Assembly (NCBI GenBank): GCA_000934665.2
Contig: KZ538429.1
Span: 51,019 to 71,018, forward strand
Length of the DNA stretch: 20,000 bases
DNA from: Catajapyx aquilonaris
Lineage: Eukaryota
Reading direction: 5' to 3'
Under the pieces are notes generated by a model, which was not told the DNA's origin, ran no database searches, and was given only the letters and a program-made list of their open reading frames with translations. Below, one piece after another: positions 11,501-20,000 of this stretch (position 1 is its first letter; every line of letters starts with the position of its first letter). The translations under genes and the position numbers were made by a program.

Positions 11501-14353
11501 AGTAAACGACTCAGTTTGAAATGGAAACCTGAACTGCAATGATTTCCCAATTTCAGGAATTGGCCGCTTTTTCCTGTTGCGAGTGACCTGATGCAAATTT
11601 TTTGCACACTTAGCCCAAGTACACACACGAAATGTCATGAATAAGTGAGGGAAAGTTGTGCAGGAAAGAACCTTCTCCTAAAAGAAATGCTAAGTTCAAT
11701 CTGATAAAAGTAAGTTCGGAGATCCGAGGTCAAAGAATTGGGGGAAAGGTCACATTAAAGCAGCCTAGCAGCATAGCAGCGTCCCAGTGGCTTTAATTCA
11801 GGTGATCCTCACCTCTACACCCAGTATAAAGGGACCTGATGTTGTGTAAAATTACGGTTGGTCCGTCTGTTCGGTGATGGGGGCCTCTTTTGAGAAGGTT
11901 TCGTGACCAAATGGAAGCGGCTACTGTAATTATCGCGTTATTCCAAGGATGCTGAAAGACCCTCAACCCGTGAAGCCAGTCTTAGATGCGCCTCGTCAAA
12001 GGTCACTGGGCCCTCGAATTTTCAGGCCTTCAAATAATAAATTGCTCCTTCCTCACTTACAACCATTCATTTCTTTTATTGCTTATTTGCCAACATGATT
12101 TCTGATTGTGTGTTTTCTCTTCCCTCTTTGTACCTTATATTTCAACTGGTTATACGTCTCATTAGTTTTTGTCATCGTACTAAAGTCGCATTGCGAACAG
12201 TCTCCTTGCGTGGAATGAAATCACATGATTGTACAAACAGGCAATAAATCATTAGCCTACTATTTTTCCTTGATATGTCTTCGGATGATCATAATTTATT
12301 ATAGGCCTGTACCTACAATGCCTGACTCAATCTACTATAACAAAGGATATGGGCAAATGTCTAAGTTATTATTGAAGTTATTTGGAATTAAACTGATAAC
12401 CAAGTTGCTTAATAGCCTGTGGGATCACTTACAATTTTGCACGATCAACACTAAACAGTGATAATACCATTCATCGGAAGAATACTGCCCCTTGGAAAAA
12501 GTATTACGGTTTAAAAGCTAGTTTTTCATGAACATAAATGATAATGCTAAATAATTGTGCCGTTGCAAAGTTGCGCAACCAAATTAACTACATAGCCTAT
12601 ACTGTACTTTAGGATAAGGTATATCTACTACATTTTACTGTATAAACGTACAAGATGGTTGAGAATATTGAATCCTAAGCATGTATTCTGCATAGTTATA
12701 AGATTTTCTCATTCATATCAGGAACACATTTTGCCTGTGCTGCATACGCATTGTAACATTGAAGAGCAATGTACTATTAAAAACACATATTAAGTCGCCT
12801 ACGTGTACAGTACAGTACAACCAATTCAGAACCAATGCAATGAAAAGTTCCTTCTACAGCGAGAATATAATATATGATTGAACTGCGAAGTGACGTGCTA
12901 AGTACCATATCACATAGAATTCCGACACGTTTCCCCAATAATTAAAAATGAACAAGCACTTTCCAACATATGAGGGCTGTTATGTAAGTAGTCAAAAATA
13001 CATTTTCCCCTGCACGTTCCCCTTCCTGCAGTGAGAGCACAATAGACGGCTTGAAACACAATAATCCAAGGCAGTCTACATACAATGCGCTCTCTTGAAG
13101 CCTTTTCATATCCAGCAGAGCGTTACGCAGTGTTGTATGAAAACCAATGCGGATGATACATGGAGGAATGCTTTCTAGTTTCCTCCACACTACGCACTTC
13201 TCAAAACAGTGTGCTCTATCTATGTTTTTAAAAGCCAAGTCAGTTATAAAATATCCAAACGACCAGATTCTCGCTTTCACTATAAGTAGAGGACATTATT
13301 TTAATACTGTCTCTCCCTTTTCTGACGCCTAATTGGCCTCCAGAATTTGAAAATAGGATAACAATCTACACTCTGCCAGTTTCTCCGACCAAATTGAGCA
13401 TTCCAGAAGCGAGAAAGAAAGGAGATAAAAAAGAGAAATTATTCGCTTCCTTCCTCACGCATTCGACTGGAAAATGTTTGCAAATAATATTATCGCAACA
13501 CATAAACATTACACTTCTTGTAATATAAAATTGTCCAGTAGAACCATAAACACCGGTATGGAAAGTCGCCTTCGTGCATTTAAATGATTATATGGAAATT
13601 CCCACAAAGCGATAAAAATTATTGGCAGACAAATTGGTACCAGTCCATTCGATTCTGATCAGGAGTCTCTGGCAATAATATTGTAGAAGCCAAAGATAAT
13701 GCTGTAGAGTTTCCTTGTGTTATCTTATCACGTTAAGGCCCATCCCTATACCCTCAGTACCACTTATCTGGATATATGATAATGTGCAAACAACACACTG
13801 CTGTAGTTTGATAACCAACCCGGCTTTCTTTCCTCAACCGATACAAATCGTCAGAATCGCGGCATAATTAGGCACAAAATTACAAAACAAGGGGTACTGA
13901 ACGGTTATTACGTTTGCTCTACCTCGTGGTTACTGTTCTTACAGCCGACTTCAAGGTATTAGGTTAGCGTGTAACTGGCATCACCTATGTTACGATTCCA
14001 TCAAACCTTTACAGTGCACAACATATTCAAATCACATTATAGCAGTGTCCGGTGATAAATGCCCGATACTGACAGATACATGCCTGAGGCACGCATCTCT
14101 CAACGCTTATACTTTCTAAGTGCTTAAAATTTATTGGAGTTATTCTTCAGTAAATAGCTCATTTTACATGCATACGAGGTTAAAGTTTAATAGAATTACT
14201 ACTATTACCAGACCACAGAAAAGAGCCAAGCAAAAACCAACGGATGAACAATTAATTATCAATCCTGCTCGGTCAACGGTTGTACCATGTTGACAGCGCC
14301 ATCAACACTGGGCAACATATTTTGACAAAAGTGAAATGTCTGAGATTAGAGTA

Positions 14354-15263
14354 GGGAGGGTGGGGCACCTTGAGTTATGGGGTACCATGAGACATCCATA
14401 ATATCTCTTGAAATACGCGTGCTGCATATGTGACGCTAATTCGGTAGAAATAGGATCCAATGATGAATCTGACAACCCTGAAAGCAAATAGCTGACAGAG
14501 TTGGGAGAGAAGGAGGCACTGGCAGATTTTAAGGACAGCAAAGTTATTTTCCCGTCCTTTTTCCGAGACCGGCTAAGGAGAGTTACTTGGCAGTACCGAT
14601 CTGATAATTTTAAATTGTCACAAACTCAGTCATGGGTTATCCCAAGAGTGATACTATAACTTTCTGATCAGATCAGGAATCGTACAGTATTTCAGTTTTC
14701 TGATCATGTGCTTGTGGGGCACCATGAGGCACCTCGGAATGGGGCACCATGAGTTATGTATTTTGTGTTGGTAGGGTCTCACGGAAAAGATGACAAAGGT
14801 GAATATGACAAGCTTTCTGAAGCGGAGTGGGAAGGTAAGGGGAAAGTTTATTCATCCCATCAAAGAAGATAAGTCACTTGTAGCGGATTCTCATGTGAAG
14901 ATGATTTTGCCGAATCCTACATGTCTATACAGGTCAGACAAGGAGGCAGAAGTCTCTTATTGCCTTTGGTGTTGATTTTGCACTGCTTAATATGAAGTAA
15001 AAAATGAATAAAGGGATGAAAATCCAGATCATCACTGTCGTCTCAAGGTGCCCCACTACTGGGGCACCTTGAGACATGTGTAGTTAGTGTAAGTTTCTCA
15101 TTTTGTACCACACTAGTATGCATATTTTCATTGCCGTAAAATTTAACATTGTAGACAAAGAGCTACTGGATCATGGGAAATAAACAAGTTGCAAAATATA
15201 TTTGTATTTCTGTATTTAAAAAAATAAAAGACAAAACCCGACTCAAGGTGCCCCACCCTCCCC
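14354..15263 (+). mobile_element. Tc1/mariner-superfamily (pogo-like) internally deleted element, ~910 bp
   Basis: 22-bp TIR GGGAGGGTGGGGCACCTTGAGT (14354-14375) / ACTCAAGGTGCCCCACCCTCCC (15241-15262, plus one extra terminal C). TA flanks both sides (14352-14353, 15264-15265). Seven copies of TGGGG(C/T)ACC(T/A)TGAG are present. Confidence 0.88.
14755..15000 (+). pseudogene. Frameshifted 3' end of the inner element's transposase gene
   Basis: Joining frames gives YVFCVGRVS / KDDKGEYD / SFLKRSGKVRGKFIHPIKEDKSLVADSHVKMILPNPT / TGQTRRQKSLIAFGVDFALLNMK*, followed by AATAAA at 15007-15012. This resembles the C-terminal F.(W)P..ED...V....LP.P...G.T.R...F tail I associate with invertebrate pogo-like transposases. 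Confidence 0.6.
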
Positions 15264-15287
15264 TAGACATTTATTAAAGATTTCAAT

Positions 15288-15630
15288 GTGCTGATCACGA
15301 ATATGACAACAAAATGAAAATCCAAAATTGGCTATGATTCCTGAGAAATCCGCAATAGTTTCTTACATAATGGAGTGATATATAACTTATTAAGTACTTA
15401 TGGCTTGAACTTGTAAAGTCCGGTTATACTGCCGAAGTTGCCGACTAAATGAGTCAGCACCTTCAAATAATTACGTGGTGATCATGAATATGACAATAAA
15501 AACACAAAATTGGCTACGATTCCTGAGAAATCCGCAATAGTTTCTTACATAACAGAGTAATACGTACATAATTATGGTGTGTACCAGTAAAGGTCCGCTT
15601 CAATTGCCGATATTCCCGACTAAAGTGTCC
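15288..15630 (+). repeat. Two-copy diverged tandem repeat (~180 bp) in the subterminal region of the outer transposon
   Basis: CAAAATTGGCTA(T/C)GATTCCTGAGAAATCCGCAATAGTTTCTTACATAA occurs at 15323-15370 and 15505-15552. Shared flanking blocks TGATCA.GAATATGACAA and TGCCGA..TT.CCGACTAAA are also present. Confidence 0.92.
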
Positions 15631-16476
15631 ATTTCTTAATGATTTGAAGGATAAGAATAATAAAATTCACCACCTTGGCGGGTGTCTATAGGTCAATGTC
15701 TGAAAACTCGTTTTGCTTTTATGCACTACAGAAGATACTGTTTTTTACTCATTTTTGACGCTTCCCCTCTTCCTCTTCCCTGAAAAGTGCCCGTATATTT
15801 CATAATTCATAATTGTTTCCCCATGCAAGAAACCTTTATGCACCAAAAACCTCGCCGATATCACTAATAAAATATAGCTTCCTCAGATCCTTGCAAAATT
15901 GATCCATTTTTGACCTTTGGACCACCTTTGGACCACCGTATCTTATTGATTCTTGAGAACCAGTGTTTTTTATGGAAAGGTGCTTTCTTTCTAGCAGATA
16001 AAAACCAGAAAAACATATTTTGAACGTGAACTTCACATAGAAATTCGCGATGTTCCCTTGTATGTCGTGTACATATGGCCATATATGACCATCTCTGTAT
16101 CTCCTAAACTAGAGCCAAACGACATATTTTATTGTCATTTTCGTGTTCAGCGCCTCCAAATTAGTCCAGATTGGCTATTTTCATCTGAGAAATTTTTTGT
16201 GTGTTGCCCAGTGTAGTTAATAGCTCTCCTCTTTTCATTCTTGCAGCAACCTCCTGACAAGCCACGAGTCGCCTAGTCCAACTTCACGACCCTTATCAAG
16301 TTCTGGTCATCGAACGTGTACCGGCATAAAGAGGAACAAAAAAAGGCACAACACACACGCTCACACACCGCCTCGTCGGTACCTATTAGGTGCCCAAGTC
16401 ACGTGTCAAACAACTGGCGCGGAGGTCACGAGGGATCGCTCATCATTGACAAGCTGCAATTCCAGTACGGGGCCCG

Positions 16477-16496
16477 TGACCTGAACCCTTGACCCT
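16477..16496 (-). promoter_or_regulatory. Candidate nuclear-receptor response element (DR2 plus overlapping half-site)
   Basis: The minus strand reads AGGGTCAAGGGTTCAGGTCA: GGGTCA-AG-GGTTCA with an overlapping AGGTCA. Confidence 0.35.
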
Positions 16497-18732
16497 GCCA
16501 CACCCATCTATGATATGCATCCTCAAACTTGCTCCAGAGTTAGAGTTCACCATCCCCCGCCTATGACACCACCAAAGCGCCTTCCGCTTACCAATCTTCT
16601 AAGAGACAAAAAAGGAGATCTGGAATCTGCTAATGCATCACGCTGTCAGATTCGCAAACTGGTATAGACGCGCCTGCACTTTTGCATGAAAGAATCCGGT
16701 GTCTACAACCTCGTAATCCTCGATGCAAGTTCAAAATGTCATGGATGTTCCACCGGATTTGTAGATGTCCCTGCTTGCAGAAACGGAACCCATCAGAAAT
16801 ATTGTTTAAGGATTTACCCAAGAAAGTACATACCTTTGAGACTGTGGTAATAATAAACTATATAAAAATGTGAGCACAGTCAAATAAGAACAAGGCGTGG
16901 AGATAGGTTTATTTCTTTCGTTTGGGCAGAAAATAATGTCTACCGCCAACAAAAAGGCTAATAAAAACGGGTTGCGTGTCCATGACTCGTATTTAGGAAA
17001 CACTTGTGAAACTGTGGAAGTATGCACATAACTTGCGATATGGACTCGACTTTATAGTTTTCAGTATCGCTAACATTTTTGTATGGGAAAAAAACTCAAT
17101 TCACCAATTTACACTTGCGCTGTATTATCGTACTCCTTCAACCAGAAATGGCAACAATTAATTTCCACAATGTCAAAAAAGGGCTGGTCACGTCAGTACT
17201 TTTATCTGGTTGAATAAGTGACAATATTATTGGTTGTCTGATAATTATAGCAATGAACATTGCAGATTAGCATACACCTGTGGTAAAAGCATTCTGTTTC
17301 AACCCATGTTTTTATTTCCAGATTACCGCCCAAAATATTTCTGGCACTATTGTTTGAACTACTCAAAGCTCCTTAAAAAAAGGAGAGGGGAGGGCTCTTA
17401 GAACCGTACTAAAGATGTCTTAAGAACGACACTGCTACTATTTCTCTCAAACCCTTGCACTTGTTTTTTTGAGGTTACAGCCGTTTACACGTAGTGTGCC
17501 GAGTGGAAGGAAACGAGTTTGTAAAACTTTCTTCTTTTTGCAGCCTGTGACTTACGACCTCGAGACCTTTTGCCTACAACATGTGTGCGTGAATCTGGCC
17601 TTATATGCGCGATGTGTGCAGGTGAGAATAGGCGACCATGACCCGGTAGACAATGGAATTTGGTGAGAATTCCCTTCCTGAGGACCTTGTCTGGTGCATC
17701 CAGACTGTCGTTGAACCTCGACCACTATATCTCCTCGTAACTCGTTCCTTCTTTTCTCTTTCACGTGGACGGGGAAAAGTGTCGCGTCACACTAAGAAAG
17801 TGCACACATGTCACGAGGGGTTCAAAAAAGGCTGCGGGTTAAGGTCACATGGATCTGAAAAGAGTGACCCACAAATGGAAAACAATGTGTTATTTTTGTG
17901 CTTCGGGTCAACGTGGTCGTGCAGCAGGACAAATCATCATTTCTGGACTACAGGGGGGAAAGTGTGTCGAATGAAATTAGAGGTATAACTAAAAATGTCA
18001 CACGAGGTTCAGAATTCCAACAGATGATTTTGTGCAGCCCTTAAACATGAACTGAGTCTGCTAATGCAAATTGACATAAGTGCCACTTATCCACAGAGCA
18101 TCGACGCGACGCTGAGTTTGAACGAAGTCAAATCCTCCGATAAGGCTCTCAGCAAGTTAGTAGCCTGTAAAAGCTAGCATGATGATGATGCTGAGTAGCT
18201 AGCGAACATGAGCCAGGCATCCAGCTAGCTGTAGCTATCTAGCTCTACTGCATTCCTGCGAAAGAAGCCGCAGCAGCACCTCGCCCTTGCTCTTGCTCCT
18301 TTGGCCTCCCTCACATGGATCGCTGGTTGGATCATGGCCCCCATGGCCCCAGTGGCCCCAAGCCTGCTGCTTCCTCCATCTCAACTTGATATACTGTATA
18401 GGCTGCACGCCAGCATGCAGTACTATGTCTCCGCGTTAATCTAATCTAAAGCAGGAAGTACAATGCAGCACGACTACATTTTGTGGACGGGACGTACGCT
18501 CAGATACTTCATCATTCAGACTCCCGTCTGTGTATAATGTGCATGGTGTTGTATTCTCCTCATTTAGGCCTTCTGATATACGAGGTCGCAGGGTGGATAT
18601 AAATTCGGTCATTTGTGAAATACTGTATTTACAATGTTCATTCAGGAAATGGCCGTGGTTACAATTTTATTTTTGAAAAATCATGTGCTATACGTAAAGT
18701 ACATACAGTAGATATACCGTACATACTCTAAT

Positions 18733-19200
18733 GGGTCATTCCATGTCAATTCACCGAGCTTTTAAGGAAAATTGACCCTTGGGTTGTCAGATTTTGACGA
18801 AAATCGGCGAATCGCTTTAATTACGTCTTTCAAAAATACCATTTGCGCGGTTTTGAGATTTACCCCCCCTCCCCGGAGATAGGCCCACCGAAAAAAACGT
18901 CCTTTTCGGAAGGTAGGGTTTCAGAAATCGGTCATATCTCGTGAACCAATTGAGATACAGACGTCGCAGACCGCTCCCTTTGAAGAGATTCGAGAGCCCA
19001 ATCTCACTAAGGATTGAAAATTCGTATTTTAACTTTTTTGAAAATTTTGTCCCATTTTCAAAATTTCAAATTTTTTAAAAAAAAATCCGCCTAATTTAAA
19101 AATCCGATTTTTAAATATGTTGTAACTCAGACCCTTTCCCTGACATGGAAAAAAAATCTCAGGAGGAGTTTTTTGATTTAAGGAAAATAATTGCATTTGA
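18733..19200. mobile_element. DNA transposon terminal fragment, possibly Sola2-like
   Basis: Starts GGGTCATTCCATGTCAATTCACC (GRG terminus) and continues with A/T-tract-rich subterminal-type sequence (GATTTTGACGAAAATCGG, CATATCTCGTGAACC). No complete opposite TIR; the right boundary is uncertain. Confidence 0.45.
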
Positions 19201-19489
19201 AGGAACGCATGTGCGCCTTGAAAGTACGCAATGGGGCCAAATATAGGCCCTAATCAGTCCCAGAATGATCCATGAACAGAGTTACCTAAATAGACACTGT
19301 CTAATGGGATGACTAACAGTGCTGAAGAGGAAATGCAAAAATGGTCCTTTTGCTATTTTTACAAAATTTCAAAAACTGTCAAGAATTGAGATTTTCGCAT
19401 AAGAAAAAGTGCGCTGATTGATTGCACACAGCAGCTTCATGAGTTGCTTATTTAAAAGAAAGAAAGACGGGAATTAGCCTATTATATTG

Positions 19490-20000
19490 CCCCGCACTGT
19501 CGGTACAGGGCCACGGGCGGGAACAGGCCGGTGAGAATAGGTGAGTAGCAGATGGGAGAGATCACACGCGCGCACACACATTTTCCTCATTCACGCAGTA
19601 TTTTCCCACTTCTTGGAGGAAACATTAATCCCCCCCCCCTCCCCCCCTCTCTCTCTCGAGGTCGAACCTTTTGCTGACTTTCCCCGTCAAGGCCTGTTTA
19701 TGCCCTCGCGAAGTGAGCCCAGTTCGCGCGACAAGGGTGCTTTGGCAACGATAACGGTGCCCACCAGAGATAATGTCGGAACGAATCGAGCGCATGCGAC
19801 CGTTTTTCTCCCAAGGAGTCTTTTCCGCAAGGAGGCAACGGATTCGTAACCTCTGCTGTGCCCCTGCTTCTCCTCCTTCCCCATCTACCCACTCCCTCTG
19901 CCTATATTGGTCTGGTCACCCTTCTGAGAATTTTAAATATGACCAATCAGGGTCCGGGTGGAGCCTCCCCCCTTGCAACTCTCCGTGTTCATCTGGCCAC
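19490..20000. promoter_or_regulatory. Probable RNA polymerase II proximal promoter
   Basis: Shift to GC/CpG-rich sequence with GGGCGG (19515-19520), NRF1-like GCGCATGCG (19790-19798), perfect CArG box CCTATATTGG (19901-19910), STAT-type TTCTGAGAA (19922-19930) and NF-Y consensus GACCAATCAG (19941-19950). Confidence 0.55.

Larger units (their letters stand above)
14306..16213. mobile_element. Non-autonomous DNA transposon with CAC...GTG termini (Chapaev3-like), interrupted by a nested insertion
   Basis: CACTGGGCAACA (14306-14317) and TGTTGCCCAGTG (16202-16213) are a perfect 12-bp inverted pair. Similarity continues inward: GCTGATCACGAATATGACAA (15290-15309) versus the reverse complement of 16132-16151. 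Flanks CAA/TAG are not a clean TSD, so the family call is tentative. Confidence 0.75.

Noticed and set aside
11805..11840. TATA box or SINE-core-like CTCTACACCCAGTATAAAGGGACCTG
   Set aside because: Too short and degenerate to assign; no tRNA head or downstream exon evident.
12226..12246. miR-219-like TGATTGTACAAAC (and miR-200-like TAATACTGTC at ~13302)
   Set aside because: Only seed-level similarity and no precursor hairpin evident.
12942..13280. 112-aa ORF and mariner-like start TATGAGGGCTGTTATGTAAGT (~12969)
   Set aside because: No domain recognised and no matching opposite TIR.
14354..15263. CRISPR-like array from the repeated GGGGCACC motif
   Set aside because: Irregular spacing, both orientations, eukaryotic context; explained by transposon ends.
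15660..16080. Chapaev transposase remnant inside the outer element
   Set aside because: Could not recover diagnostic motifs such as HSHLDFF or GERFHQD in the frames I read.
18160..18365. TAGC-rich and TGGCCCC repeats
   Set aside because: Low-complexity decayed repeat with no definable boundaries or coding signal.

Overview
Eukaryotic, AT-rich non-coding DNA, probably from a marine invertebrate (an impression from repeat style, not established). There is no intact protein-coding gene, and most ORF-track calls look spurious. The window is a mosaic of mobile-element relics. (1) A degraded, apparently intron-containing RecQ-like SF2 helicase on the minus strand (371-1410), missed by the ORF track and possibly an AcademH-type transposon relic. 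(2) Two different tRNA-derived SINEs (Gly-like and Arg-like heads), each ending in inverted AAT/ATT microsatellites, one forming a perfect 90-bp palindrome. (3) A likely L1/Tx1 LINE 3' remnant. (4) A clear nested pair of DNA transposons: a TA-flanked pogo/Tc1-mariner-like deletion derivative inserted in the left TIR of a CAC...GTG (Chapaev3-like) element. (5) Several isolated transposon ends. The last ~500 bp look like a Pol II promoter (CArG, CCAAT, STAT, NRF1 and GC-box motifs), and motif-rich unique stretches upstream may be enhancers. All family assignments are manual motif recognition; no database search was run.
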